A stretch of 64,000 nucleotides of DNA from Paraphysomonas bandaiensis (GCA_965644295.1 CBFFRP010000114.1:9217-73216); one strand, 5' to 3'; shown: positions 35,501 through 49,681, counted from the first letter of the stretch. Program-made: numbers and translations. Notes: generated by a model from the letters alone, not told the origin.

Positions 35501-38500
35501 ATGTGAGGCGAAATGTCACTGTGATCAAGGGTTCAGTGGTTTGTTTTGCGAGTATACAGCTGAGGAAGCGGATGTGCGCATTATTATGAGAGAAAGCAAC
35601 CTGAGAGAGTTAGATGGTGTCACTAGAGTCGATGATCCAACTGAGGAGTCGATTATGGAGTGGCAACAAAATTTGGTTGCACTGACGGTGCAATCCAATG
35701 AAATATCTGAAGTAGGAGCAGTGCATGGTCTAAATGTTGCCGACATGGTTTTAAGTGGTGCTACGCTGCTAACGTTGGACACATATGAGACGTATAGTGA
35801 CACTCTGACAGCAGTAGATAACATTGCCATTGTTTCAACTAATTCCTTCTTATCCGCGTCGACCTCGTCGAGTATCACTCATAATTACAGCCGCCTCCTT
35901 ATCAACGAGAGCGCACCCACCGCCTCCCGAGTGGCGTCTGTACTGGATATGTATGGGTCAATTGTGAGAAGAGCTCTGATTGAGGGCCAACACGAGAACC
36001 GAATTCTACGAAAGTCCTTTCAACAAATTACAGAAGTTTTCTCCTCTTCAGACCACAATGAAGATATTTCAGTGACAGTACCACACTCATTTGCAAAGAC
36101 AGTGGCTGGATTACTACCTTCATCTATTCAATTTCTGAGAAACAGTACACTGCAACCCTTGCGAAGCATGAAGGTTTCATTAAGTAGTATTCGGTCGCAG
36201 CTTTATGACAATGAGAATTACAATTCGGATGTGCTGCAATTGGCTTTTGATGGCTTGATTCACTCCAACGATTCTTTTAAGGTAATCATTCAAAATAATT
36301 ATCCGATCAATTACGGCCGACTAGACGCCAGCAATGCCACATTTAACGTGACTTGTGATCATGATATATACACCACTCACTCAATTCCCTGTCACCCTTC
36401 AGCTGTGAACTTCATTTGCAATAACACCGCCGCAGAAGTACAGCTTCGTTGCCCGTACGTTTCCTCTGAACCCCAATGCCGAGTCTTATCCAGCAGAGGA
36501 AGCTTCAACTGCACTGTGGACTCTTATACTGCGTGGAACACCACGTGCATGTGTCGGCTCACTTCATTAGGATATCACTTCGGAGGTGATACACTATCAT
36601 CTAATGACGCGAACCACTCATCTCAGCGACGCGTGGACGAGACAGGGCAGGAGCAAGCGATTCTGCGAGACTCGGGGTATGTGGAGCTCGTGAGCACGTC
36701 AGAGTACGTTGCTGACGACTTTATTGCAACTGTTGTTCTGGCTCAGCAGTTTGATTCGCCAGAGGACTTGCGAGAAGTGCTGGTGGTTGTATCGTTGTTT
36801 GGGACAATTTGGGGTGTAGGATTCATTGCAATGTGCTATATGTTTGCAATGTCTACACACACTTCGAAACGAGAGAAATTGAAGCAGTGCGCTACCAGCC
36901 CGAGTCCTGACATCGATAGTGCTTCCCGAAATGCTATTGTCGTGGAGTCAATGAAAGTGCGTCTTCTTTCTTATGTGAAGGAAGTTTTCCCGGCAGTTTA
37001 CAACACAGAATCGTCGTGGAGTCGATTGTGGAGAGAGCTTAAAAGCCATCATCGGTACATAGCTTTGATTCTCTCGAAAGACTTTACGAATACAGTGGAC
37101 CACAGAATTCGAGTGCTGCTGCACCTGTTGACGACACTGTCAATGCTAATGTTTTTCCTAGCGTTGTTGTATGACTTTGAGGTAATTGCATTAATTTTAC
37201 CATCCAACCATAGTTATAATATAACTTTGGTGTTTGTTCTGGCTAATTTCATTGATGTAGTACCCAGAAGACAATGGAAACTGTGAGGCTCACATCACTG
37301 AAGAACAGTGCGCAACTGAAAAGTCGATGCTGGATTCATCACAGAGAGTGTGTCGGTGGGTTGAAGATGATGACACGATTCGGGGCTACTCTTGTGTGTT
37401 CGTTAGCCCTGAGATTACTCTCAAGGTACATTGCTATCTTCTCTTTCCATCTTAGCATTGATCATTACACCTCGTCTGTATGTGTTCTTTAGGCGATAAT
37501 GATTGCCTCTGTTATTTGTTCCATCTTCAGCATGTTCGGAAATGCAATTGTCGATTTTATATTCGACATTTTAGCTGCTCCCACTGCGAGCAGGTCTAGG
37601 CAAAATGCTGCTGCTGTGCACAGAAGCGGCCAGATCCAACGGCGTGTGTCTCTACTTGGCACACGAGTGTCAGCCATAGCTACAATTGTGTCTGACCAAT
37701 TTAGGAGTAGTGTGGGAACGAAGAAAAAAACACCGTCTTTTCTAACGACAGAATCCACACGTCACTTGCCATATTCTTGCATTGCTGCCCAGCAATTGGC
37801 ATCCTCTTCACTTAGCAATATCGTGGCAGAAGTAAATCCATCCTTGCAAATCATTGAACGTCGTTCCCGTATGATACAGCGCTTAAACAGCCGTATGGAT
37901 ACACCTCACCCACAATCAATTAGTGTCCAGTCCAACAGTGGCCCTTGTCCCCAAAGCCAGCAAACTGAAGGAGTGGGGATAATGGCAGCGAATCCGTCTG
38001 CTATACTGTCAATCTCATCGGATGATTTGTATGACGACTTGTGCAGCGATATTGCGGAGCAAATGAAATACCTCAGAACCGCCAGACAAAAAGAAGCATT
38101 TATGCTGGCCTGGTGGTATGCATGATGATATGTGTTTAAGATATTGTTATGTTTAATGTGTTTCTTGCAGCTTGGGTAGTAAAGACCAATTCAAGCCAGA
38201 GTATGCAACTGCAATTAAGGAAGCACTGAAGGGTCAACTGGCATTTGTGAAGAAGGAAGTGGCTCAAAAGCTGAATAAATTGCATCAAATCGAAGAAATT
38301 TATATTGGTCTGGAGCTGCTGCACATGTTTGTACTGGATGTGCTTGGCAAAGGTACGAAAACTCTTCTAAGCTGCACATGCGATATTGCAATCTTTATTG
38401 AAACTAATATACTTTTTTCTTTATGTATGTAGCTTCACCGGCAGCCAAAATATTTGAGACGAAATCGGAGGAAGAGTGAGTTGGCTATGATACACGGATA

Positions 38501-39730
38501 ACTGTACTCACTCATGTTTGCTCTGCTGTGTTTTGCAGATTTCGCCATACATATGTTGTTTCAAAGTTTGTAAAAGGGATAATGTGGGCGTTGGTTGTGC
38601 TATTGAATTTCTGCTTTGTTTTTTACTCCATGCTACGAGGCCTTCAGCGAGGACTCGAGTGGCAGATGATGTTTCTCTTTGCTTGCATTGTGCAATTTGT
38701 GTTTGAAATTGTGCTGTATGAATCATCTGAAGTCACCATTATTCACTTTGTGATTCCAAGTTTGGTTCGGTATGAAGTTATGGCTGCTCAAACTGCACTC
38801 TATAATGCGATAGAAAGTATCAGCAATATGTCAGAAGAAACGAACGATGTAATACTTGACACGCCTCAGTATTTGTTTGTATCCACTAATGTTGCCAAAT
38901 TTTTTCCGCATCTATTAGAAAGCGCAATTGTGCGATCCTATCACAGCGTTTACCCGGGTGCAATAGCGAGGAATTGGAATGGTAGCAGTAGAGTAAATTA
39001 CAGAAGTGGTGCCGTCGTTCGTTCCGGCAGAACTTATACGAAACGTTTCTCTGTGATAGCTCTGATATCTCTCTTGGTTCAAAAACTCGGCGCGGTGAAT
39101 AGCACTTGGCAGCGAATGATAATCCATCTTCTCCAGCCACTCTTTGCAGTATCTCTGCTGATGATGTGGCAATATATGTGGTATCATCCCGTATATTTCA
39201 TTGTTCCACTGCTATTTACAGTGTATATCGGATACTGTTATTTCTTGTCGTGGAAAAAACAAGCTGAAGAGCGAAGTGTGAATAAAGTCGGCCAACGGCC
39301 ATCGCTGGTGTCACCTGATGATGCTTCTTCTGTTCCTGGAGTAGAGGGAATACATCACCTGAATACTGACAATGCTCTTCTGGCCACGGAAGAGGGAAAT
39401 AGTTCACACCACCTCCGCAGTGACCCTATCCATCATCAGCGACAGTTGAATGGTTTCCCCTCCATTGTAGAAAAGGAGTCCGACACCACCATTGTCCCAC
39501 CACTACCATCAACTGCACTTCCTCACACTGCTGACACATGTACCGAAGCTGCTGCTGTTGCGAATACTTCTTGTGGTGACTCTGATGATCTTCGACCTGT
39601 TGAAGAAACCAGTCCACCACTTGCACCCGATGATTCTATTGCTGGGAGTGATGATGCCCATCTGCAAGTTATATACGATTTCTCCTCTGATAACGAGCTT
39701 GAAGTTCCTGACATCTTCAATGCAGTGTAA
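26598..39730 (+). CDS. Giant (~4260 aa) polycystin/adhesion-receptor-like surface protein: signal peptide, 2 C-type-lectin-like domains, 2 LRR blocks, PT-repeat stalk, REJ/PKD-like region, EGF-like Cys-rich region, GPS-like motif, multiple TM helices
   Basis: Exons 26598-37181, 37261-37425, 37493-38115, 38171-38352, 38433-38475 and 38539-39730 total 12789 nt and stay in frame. Motifs: SWKVAQQECSSAGGKL (CTL), plant-type 24-aa LRRs, LLDASDSYDED and WSDEDLPLSYIFGY (REJ-like), CHCDQGFSGLFCE (EGF), CTVDSYTAWNTTCMCRL (GPS-like). Confidence 0.85.
29625..32405 (+). repeat. Coding 12-nt P(T/S)xx repeat array (PTGQPS...) with higher-order duplications
   Basis: About 2.8 kb of CAACCTACAGGA/CAACCATCTGGA-type units. 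Confidence 0.95.
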
Positions 39731-39883
39731 GGATAAAATCTCGACTATATACTTCGTGATTTTAGTAATAGTTACTGTTTATTCAGATTTGGTAATGATT
39801 ATGACGAGGATGATTCATCGGAATTCGAACTCTGATACTGTCTGTGGTGGCCCAGAAACTATTTTTACATGCATGTATAGAAT

Positions 39884-40020
39884 GTCTTATTATATAGCAA
39901 TAGGCGCGTACGAGAAATGATATTAAATTAAAGAAATCAAATATAGATGCTAATATCCTACTATTTAACGCTGCGAGAACTGTTTGTGCGTCGCCTCAAG
40001 CGCCAAGGTGCAACATCTTC
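39884..40020 (+). repeat. LTR-like segment related to 55846-56048 and 11960-12100
   Basis: Shared motifs GTCTTATTAT.TAGCAATAG and CTACTATTTA(A/G)CGCT, plus GTGCG.CGCC..AAGC.CCAAGGTGC shared with the 55.9-kb copy. Confidence 0.5.
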
Positions 40021-40293
40021 GCTATATTGATAGATATGTAGGGGGCGTTGAACAGCATGACAAGTAAAGCAGTAGTTTAAGTCTATCGCCACACTGGAAG
40101 GATTAAGACTACACTTTACACATACATGTTGCGCAATTTGATTCGGGGACTGCACACATAAGGCACTAGGGGAAGTAGCAAAATATCCTTCAGAGTTTGA
40201 CAATCTAGTGGCCTTCCCGTATGCGTTGTACCAAGTGCTGGGGAGCGACGGAGTCATCTCAGTATATTGTGGTGGTTGCCCCAACACGGCATC

Positions 40294-40782
40294 GTGGTGT
40301 GTGAAGTACGGAGTTATTGGTGCTTCTTTACAACACTTAAATGTGAAGGCTCATACATGTGGACCTATTATATTGCTTGAATTGTGGCTTGTACTGGCAC
40401 AAAATGGAGGCTGAATTACAGGAACTTGAGTCATTGCTCTTTGGGCACCATGTGAGTCCATTTGAGTTCTTCAAATCGCGAAAAGTACATACGACTACTC
40501 TGAATAGATTAATGGAGTGATGTCTGCACCTGTTATGAAAGGCGAGTTCGTGACTTTGGGAAACGAGCCCCAAAAGTAGTAATCGTTCCATTTTTTGGTG
40601 AGCTGCCCACTCTAACAGCTGATCTAAAAGTAATATCTTTGGGGCAGGGCGATTCCCAAGCTTGGATACGTAAGCTATTTATGTCTTGAGGTCACGATAG
40701 TACTTATAATTGTTACTTGTGTCAGTTGCTTGTGGAATATATGTTTTTGTATGAGACAATTGTATTATAACTGTGTTAGCCC
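40294..40782 (+). repeat. 489-bp direct repeat, left copy
   Basis: Matches 45264-45755 apart from two substitutions and a 3-bp indel seen by eye. Confidence 0.95.
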
Positions 40783-43700
40783 TGTTGAGTTCTGCAATAT
40801 GATGTGATATATATTGTGCAATTGAAGTGAGTTAACAGTGTGCAATAGGTAAAGTGAACTCATAGGTGTAACGGGTGATTATAGTTACAAAGGAATTAAA
40901 TTCAGTTACTGATGTGTGACTATACAAGATATAGAACTCACTGATGAACATATGATAAACAGATGTTGCTAAGAACAGATGTTTCAACATATGTTACACG
41001 AATATGTAGTGAAGTGCTCAGAATAATAATCATAATTTCTTACTTGAAAGTGCGTTGTGTTCAACAGAGCAAGGTTAAGGTTTACGTGTAGAGCAAAGTT
41101 AACTTCAGTGAAATGTCCAATTTGAACATGGTAGCGAGTGGTAGCACTGATGAGACGAAGGAGGACAGCAAGGTGCTGAAGTTCGACAAGTATCAGGCGG
41201 AGGCGTCTGCTCAGAAAATAAGGATTCATCTGATGAAGAAAAATCGGAACCATCTGGGGTTAGAGCCGAAACCTGCTGGAGGAGGCAGAGCACGAGAATT
41301 ATGGCATGAGCGAAATGACACGTGTGTTGCAACGATTTGGGAGGCTTGTGAACATGACGCTGATGTATTGGAGGTTGCCAATCAATACATGGAGGCGAAG
41401 GCGTTACTTCCAGATGATGATCCCAATAAGGAAGTTTTGTCCAATGAAATGCTTCAGACGCTGGTGGATAGGTTTAGGGGAGAGTTGGGAAATGTACTCG
41501 AGAAGACTACAGCGGAATACCATAGCTTTAAAATTAGAGCCAATGAAAAGGTCGCTATTGGTATTGATAGGTTGAATGGGATAATTCAGAAATTGACAAA
41601 GTTGGGACAGCCGCCAACCGAGGAGAGCAAGCTCGCAAAGATCAAAAAGTCCATACATACTCCAGAGCTGAAGGAGTTGTGGTTAGCTATTGCAATGCTG
41701 CCTAAAGCAACGACCACGTATCAGATAGTTAAAGACGCGTGCGAAGAATTTGATGAGGCTAAACGACAACTGGAGGAGTTCGAAATTGACAAACAAGGAG
41801 AACAGGTCAATATGCTCGGACCACAAGGAGGTGTGGAGAATGTCAAATGCTCATTCTGTATGAAAAAAGGGCATACTGCAAGTGTGTGTTGTGTCAAACA
41901 CAAAAATAAAATTTTCCAGAAGTTCAAGCGAAATGGGAAGGCTAAAGCAAAGAATATGAGGAAAGGAGCGCAACAAGTGGGCTCAGAAGCATATACAGGG
42001 TGTTTTCATTGTGGTAGCAAAGAACACAAGGCTGCTGAGTGCAAAAGAGGGAACAAGAGGAAGATCGATAGGAAATATGAGAAAAAAGGCTCCAAGAAGG
42101 TTAAGAAGAGTTCATCAGTGGGGTGGTCCAAATACGTAGATGATGACGTTTCTTCTGGAGAGGAGACCAACATGATAGATGGTGACGTACTTCTGACTGA
42201 AACTGGAGATGAACGAGTGTACCTGGATAGTTGTGCTGGAAAGCAGTTGTTTATCGTCAAGGATGATAGAGTGCTGGAGAAGTATGTAGAAGAGCCGGGA
42301 GTAATATCACTGACCAAAAAGGGATCGGCGATGGAGACCCAAGGAGTGGGAAGTTTTCAGCAGTGGCGCGGCATCAAAGTATGTAATGATGCAGTGAAGA
42401 ATATTGTCTCTGGAGGTATGCTGCGGGCTATGGGGTATGGACTCGAATTACTGAGAGTACCAAAAATCGTAGAATTGAACACTGGCAGAGAGGTGTTGGT
42501 TGGAAATTACGATGAGCATGGAGGAATGCCATGGGTGGCATTGCATGATGTGTTAAATTTACCTTGCATATCGTCCTGCCATTATGTAATGGGGGGGGAA
42601 GCAGTGAAGAAGTGATGCTGTCCGATACAGTTCAGCAGGATCCCCTCGATTTACTGCACGAAAGGGCCGGTCATGTTGCTAAGGGAAAACTACTGGAGGC
42701 TCATAGACATATGCTGATCAAGGGAACAGGGCTACAGCGACATCATTTATCTAAGACTACCAAAAAGAAGTGTGAGACCAGTTTGTGCAAGTGGTGTGCT
42801 AAGGCGAAGATCACTAGACATGCATTTCGAGGACAAAGTGACCAGAATGTGGAGATGAAGGCGACAGCATTCCTGGAGCGTATTACAGTGGATATTTCGG
42901 TTTATATGAATTGTCCATCAGTGGAGGGGTATAAGTACGCACTTGTATTTGTAGATACGGCTACGAAAGAATTCTGGGAATACGGTCTACGAACGAGAAC
43001 TGGGGATGAAGTGTTAAAATGCGTGAAGCGTCTCTGTGAAGTCAGGCTACCAGAATACCCACGATGGAACAGGATACAGCAGTACCATGCTGATGGTGGA
43101 CCAGAGTTGATGGACAGGCGAATTAAAGAATACTTGTTACAAAAATTTGGAACCACATTCTCCTACACTACTAGGGAGACACCAGAATTAAACGGTGTTT
43201 CAGAACGGAAATTCAGGACACTAGGAGAAATGTCATTATCGCTTTTATTGTCATCGGGTATGCCAAAAGCGGAGTGGTGGAAAGCCTTTAGACATGCATG
43301 CTGGGTTCTTAGGAGATTACCCACAAAGACCTATAGAGGGTGGATGTCAGCCTACGAGTGTGTTCCTGGAGGAACGGTGCCAGATTTTTCTTGGTTACGG
43401 AAATGGGGGTGCAAGGCGTACGTTCTCATCCCGAAGGCAGATCGCAGGAAAGACTGGGAAGAAAAGGCACAGACTGGATACTTTGTAGGGTTCCCAGAGG
43501 AGCAAATGGGATACCAAGTATTGATTGGAGATACTATAGTTACGTCTGTGCATGTTTTTTTCGATGAACTGTGCCTGAGAGATCGGCGGATTATTATCGA
43601 GAAATGGACGAGGCCATGGTTGCTGTGGATCCTCAGGAAAGAGATATTAGAGACTTCGATTACTTAATCGGAAAGACCCATGAAGATGGCGGCCACCTAT

Positions 43701-45263
43701 ACAAGACCACACGAATATTGGTTTGAAAAGGTTTGATTGTAGGGTATAGATCCCTATTGTCTGGTGGTGCGGAGCAAGTGGAAGATAAGACTCCTATTCA
43801 CATCGCCGATATAAAGCGGATGAGTGAAGACCTTGCAACAAGAGCATCTGCAAGTTCTGGATCTCGTGACGACGGGACCAGCGGACATTTATCACAGCAG
43901 TTGACTGGGACGGTTCCATCCCCTTCTGACTTCGTAAGTGCTCCGGGAGAGGAAGCTCCATCAGATCGCTCATCAAGGGGCAGGCGTGCAAGGGCTCCAA
44001 GGGTGGTGACGAATGTGTCAGTTTTGGGTGAGATGCATTTATTGTCGTCATGTGTCGAAGACGAGTGCAGCCTATTACAGGAGGCAGATTCCATCTGGTG
44101 CTCGTCAGCGGGACCTAAGGTGCCTCAGACATATTCCGAATCCTTGGAGTTGCTGGAACGGAAGCAATGAATGGAGTTCAGCAAGACAAGCTGAACGTGA
44201 CGGTTTAGAACGTAGGGGAGTCATGGAAGTTAAGCCCATCCCTACCGGTGTCACTCCATTGAAATCTAAGTATGTTTTCGCCTTGAAACGCAACAAAGAG
44301 GGTGCGATTCAACGATATAAGGCAAGACTTGTGGTACTTGGATGCGGAGACCATGAAGGTGGCAGAGCCAACAATTATGCTCCAGTGGTAAAAGCGGTAA
44401 CAGTGAGATTGCTTTTAGCAATCGCTTTTGTTATGAATATGGTGGTGCATCAACTCGACGTATCTAATGCATTTTTGTATGCAAATATACAAGGAGATGT
44501 GTATATGTATGCTACACCAGATTTTAAATTGCCACCAGGACACTGCTTTAAACTGAAGAAAAGTTTATATATATGGTCTTCGAAGCTCACCACGGTCATG
44601 GTATAAATGTCTTAATAAGTTTATTAAGTCCTTGCATTTTATATCATGTATACTTGACCCATGTTTATATTTTACACGGATCAGGGGTGAATTAGTTCTG
44701 TTAGTAATATATGTAGATGATATGCTGATAGCATGTCGAGATACGAGTATTATTTTGGAAATTAAGCGACGAGTATTATGTGAAAGGTTCGATATTACAG
44801 ATATGAATGAGATTGGCCAGTTTTTGAACGTGAGAGTGACGAGAACTCAGAATTGTCTCAAACTTGACCAGACAGTGTACATCAAAAAGATATTGGCGAA
44901 GTATGTGGATTTTCTGGGTCCAAGGGACAAGACTCGGCGATACCCACTACCTAGTGATGACATGGATAGGATCAAAGTGGGAGTGGAACATGTGCATTCG
45001 ACTGAAGAGCAGGAATTAGTTGACAATTTTCCCTATCGTCCACTAATAGGAGCGTTACTTTATTTATCTATGAATACAAGGCCGGATATATCATATGCAG
45101 TGGGAGTATTGTCACGATTCTCAACGAAAGTGAATATCACTGTATGTAACTAATGATACATTTAATGCAGTATGTACGAGGTACTACGGAAAAAGGCATT
45201 CAATATAGAGGGAAAGATTTTGATCTTCATATGTTCACGGATGCTGACAGGGCGGGTGACCCA
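40783..45263 (+). mobile_element. Ty1/Copia retrotransposon, 3'-truncated and frameshifted (5' LTR ~40783-40989; gag-PR-IN-RT)
   Basis: TGTTGA...TCAACA LTR, zinc knuckles CSFCMKKGHTASVC and CFHCGSKEHKAAEC, protease YLDSCAG, HERAGH...CKWC, integrase ADGG.E / NGVSER, RT HQLDVSNAFL and IYVDDML. Breaks off at the RNase H start FTDADRAGDP. Confidence 0.95.
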
Positions 45264-45755
45264 GTGGTGTGTGAAGTACGGAGTTATTGGTGCTTCTTTG
45301 CAACACTTAAATGTGAAGGCTCATACATGTGGACCTATTATATTGCTTGAATTGTGGCTTGTACTGGCACAAAATGGAGGCTGAATTACAGGAACTTGAG
45401 TCATTGCTCTTTGGGCACCATGTGAGTCCATTTGAGTTCTTCAAATCGCGAAAAGTACATACGACTACTCTGAATAGATTAATGGAGTGATGTCTGCACC
45501 TGTTATGAAAGAAGGCGAGTTCGTGACTTTGGGAAACGAGCCCCATAAGTAGTAATCGTTCCATTTTTTGGTGAGCTGCCCACTCTAACAGCTGATCTAA
45601 AAGTAATATCTTTGGGGCAGGGCGATTCCCAAGCTTGGATACGTAAGCTATTTATGTCTTGAGGTCACGATAGTACTTATAATTGTTACTTGTGTCAGTT
45701 GCTTGTGGAATATATGTTTTTGTATGAGACAATTGTATTATAACTGTGTTAGCCC
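45264..45755 (+). repeat. 492-bp direct repeat, right copy
   Basis: Near-identical to 40294-40782. Confidence 0.95.
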
Positions 45756-46112
45756 CATTTTTTCGTATAGAAAGAAAGTTTAAAAAGTTATGAATTGGGT
45801 TCAATAGAATGGCTATATGATCACCGGACTAGTATACAGACAACATTCAACTTCAACATTCTGTTCAACCGAAACTCACTTCTATCTTCATTATGATATC
45901 AACAGTTTTATATGTAATTATAGTACACTACTACAGCGAAATGCCGCAATGAGGAGTCAACTATCTGAAGCAGATCATCAAACACTCCCAGCTATCTTCC
46001 ATCCTTTCATCTGATGTAGAAGCGCTCTATTTTCATAATTAGAACTTTGAAACAATAATTATGTATAAGAATCATAATAGTGGGGTCTTATTAACCTGTC
46101 TATTCTTGGCCC

Positions 46113-46731
46113 TGAATCACATCAGAACAACCTTAAATCTTACTATAAACCATCCTCACATACTTGCACAAGAACTAAACTATATATAGTTAGTAAACAG
46201 AAATCACTGCTTATGATGACGTTCTCTGATCTGATTTTCATACAGAATTGATCTTGTATGATGCGAGGACGTCCACAACGACCCCGAATCACTCATAAGC
46301 ATACAGACAGTCGTATGGACAAAGTCACACTGCCCCCATTGGAAAAAAGAAATGTATTGATTGAGGTTAAGTGTACCAAGCAGTATGGTGTGTTTCCAGT
46401 GAATGCACCTCACCAGCGAGAGGTTAATTTGGTGTTAGAGGCGTTTGCCGGATCTGCCCAATTGTAGGAGAAACTTCCCCAGTATGACGACTGAAAGTGC
46501 GATTCTCAACGCTATATAATATCCCTGAGGTAGATGTCAAACGGGGCTACAAAGTTTACACCGTTCAGGAGCGTAGAGCCGGGGTCATTGCCAGGGTAAT
46601 GGATGGAAAGAGCGCTGACTATGTTCTTGCGGAGTACGGTGTCACTATCCGCACCAAGGGGCGGGACATGAACACCATTGGGGATTTGTAAGGGCTCACC
46701 ACGTAGGAGTTCAATGCATTTTGGATCGATC
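46113..46731 (+). repeat. Dispersed repeat, copy 2 (of 5525-6154)
   Basis: Alignable by eye from TGAATCACATCAGAAC to TTTTGGATCGATC. Confidence 0.85.
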
Positions 46732-48572
46732 AAATGTGTTGGGGATGTTGTATCTTTAACCAATATGTATAAGCGCTGGTGGTACGAAAACCTGCGACCC
46801 GTGACGATGGGGCAGGTGGTGAGGAGTGAGTGATGTCGGCTGGGGGTGGGACACCCAAACAGTTTACGGCAGATGACTCATCGGGGATAGAGATCTCAAG
46901 TGCCTTACCCGAGAGATGCGTTAGCGCTACGTCTAGAGAGTCAAGCGTGTGTGTCCCTAGCAGAACTGCTAACCCAAATGCCTCAGGCAAAAAGGGTACG
47001 CACCCGAAGAGTTGTGACTAATGTGTCCACTCTGGGTGACCAATTTCCTATGTGGGAAAATGCAACTATGTAGAGTCCGAGACCTATAATGAGTCTATTC
47101 AGTGTAGACTGACCAGTGATACTGCGTATACTATAAGTCTAGTGAGATCAGTGTGAATCGTGTCTGTGAGACTGTACCTGCTGAGTCTAGGGAGACTTGT
47201 GGTAAGCGTACGGATGTTGACTAGTGTGTCCACCCTGGGTGAGAGGTAAACCTTCTCCATGACGAGGAGATTGTCAATCTGTGTGTTGATAGTGACTGTG
47301 CATTAATAACTAACATAATATGTCTAATTGTAGAGAGACCAAGTCACAATACATGAGAAGCTCGTTAATTGCCTTGATTTTCCTCAGTGTGTAAGTAGCA
47401 AGCTATATGTCTGCTGGCATGCAGGAACTGGTGTGGCTTCGGGAGGTGGTGATCGAACAGGGACTTCGATTGTACGAACCCACTCCATACTTCCTGACAG
47501 CCAGAGTGCCAGAGTGCTCGCGACTTCTTAGCGTTGAAGTTGAATGATGTGGTGTAATTGATCTCAGTGACGAGGATAAGAAATCATACGTGCTGGTTAT
47601 CAGAGACAGAAGATCATTCAGATGTGTTGTCTATGGTGAGGCTTGCTGAAGTGTCGAAGTCATACGTCCACCGGTTTGTCCTATGAGGTTTTTTGGTGGT
47701 TGCGTATCCGTCAGTCATGTCTCGTGATATGAAGAGTTTATCTACAGCTTTGAATTGAGAGGGAGTGTTGAGATTTGCTGTTGGAGCAATTAAAGCTGTA
47801 ATTCTACCCATCAGTTATGTCTCATGGTTTGAAGATTTAATGTACAGCTTTGAATTGAGAGGGAGTGTTGAGTTCTGCTGTTGGAGAAATTGAAAGCTGT
47901 AATTCTAAGCTGTTGGAATTATGACCGCTAGTCGAAGAATATAGTAGTGTTTAACAGTATTATGAGAACTAACAACATGATGGCTACTGTAGTAATGAAA
48001 CTGAATATAATATATTGATCATACAAGATAATGACGATGTAAGATCGTACGAGAAATGATTGGTCGTAGAGATAACGTGAAATTGATGAATGAGAAGAGA
48101 TATTGATTATAATTTTATAATAAGATTCATGAGTGAATACACGTCCAGTTAACTTAGTAAATCATCCAATTGTGCCATAACTTGTCAAAAACTTCTCTTA
48201 AAAGATCTTAGTTGTCTGAAATGGTCAATTGTCAATATACAAAGACGTAGCTTGTTTTTCATTACAAACTACTGCCAACCGACTTGACAGCCAGCCAGAA
48301 GCATATATTTTTGCTATCACCTCCTCATCAACGTTGTAATTGCTGGAGGCCAATAGATTTCTGAATCGTGTGTCAGGAGAACTTAATTCTATGTTCGACA
48401 AAAAACAACATATAAGAATACAAGGCAACAACATAATATATATATACATGATGCGTGATTAATATAAAAACAGTTTTTTTCCCCCTTTTATCCACGATAT
48501 TTGAGAATATCACGGGTTACTACATCGTCCACGCTACGTTTATGATACTCCCGTTGATCATTGAGTGCGTCA

Positions 48573-49681
48573 TCAACTGCTTGACAAAATTCCAAATTGT
48601 CTCAAGCAATCTACCAATTTAGTACACTTTGAAATATACAAAGATGAATATATCAATGCAAAATTACTGACATTGCTGTTCACTGTACTTGAAATTATTT
48701 CCATTGCATCATCCCCCGATGCAGTTTTCAACTCATCAACGTCTATTTCCTTCGACTTACTCCCACTCTCCAGATGAATCCCCACAACCCGTCCATCTCT
48801 GAGCACATGCGGCCCTCCAGAAGACCCGCGGAAAATACCACTACCTTTGCAGTGTATGTGATGTGCTGTGGGACGACCCGTTTTAGCCCAGTCAGTAAAT
48901 ACGGTCAACTCTCCATTCGAGGTATCGTTGAACATTGCGACAGGACCATGAAATATCTTGATGTCAATATCTTGTTCAACAGGATCCAGTGATATGGGTA
49001 TTGCCTCTAAGTTGTCCAGGCCATCCTGGAGCTCCAACAACGCATAATCCATTTGAGTGTTATAGCGAATAACCTTGACGGGACGGATATCGTCTTCGAA
49101 AACGTGTTGCCCATTTCTCTTAGACATGGAAAGAGTAATAGAATACAAGCGATTTCCACGATCCATGAAGTGTTGGCACGACAGTAAATACTTCGACGAG
49201 ATGGCAAAACATGTTGCCACAGGCTGACAGTTGCCTCTATCACAGATAAAGAACACTGAATTCGGATAACGGGGATTTGGATGCCCTGACATGGTAGCTG
49301 TATATACAAAGCATATCATATAAAAATATTCGGGTGTGGATGGTATGAAATGATGGATGTATGAATGATTGAGTATACAGTGAACAACACTGTTAGATAT
49401 GCAGCAATACACACAAACTGAAAAAGTTCACCTTTCAACTTCTTCTCTTCACGTAACTCTTCCATTCGGTACTCATGCTCCTCCTTTCGGCGTAACCTTT
49501 CGTGTAAAAACTTCTTCTCTTCAACCAATCGTTGAAGTTTAGCCCCCCAAAATTCTTTGTTTTCATTGGCTAATACTTTGGCTTCCGCATCTTCAATAGA
49601 AGATTCCACGCTTCGAATCTGTTCATTAATTTGGCTTATTGCAGTCTCAATATGGTCTATTTTTGCACTGATATCACTCAT
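48573..49681 (-). CDS. Coiled-coil + trypsin-like serine protease (324 aa)
   Basis: Exons 49432-49681 and 48573-49297 join in frame (phase 1). Catalytic triad motifs LLSCQH, DYALL and GSSGGP...GRVVGIH. No signal peptide. Confidence 0.85.

Noticed and set aside
46740-47900. Possible gag-like relic with a short internal duplication (47742 and 47843)
   Set aside because: Too degenerate, with no diagnostic motif or termini.
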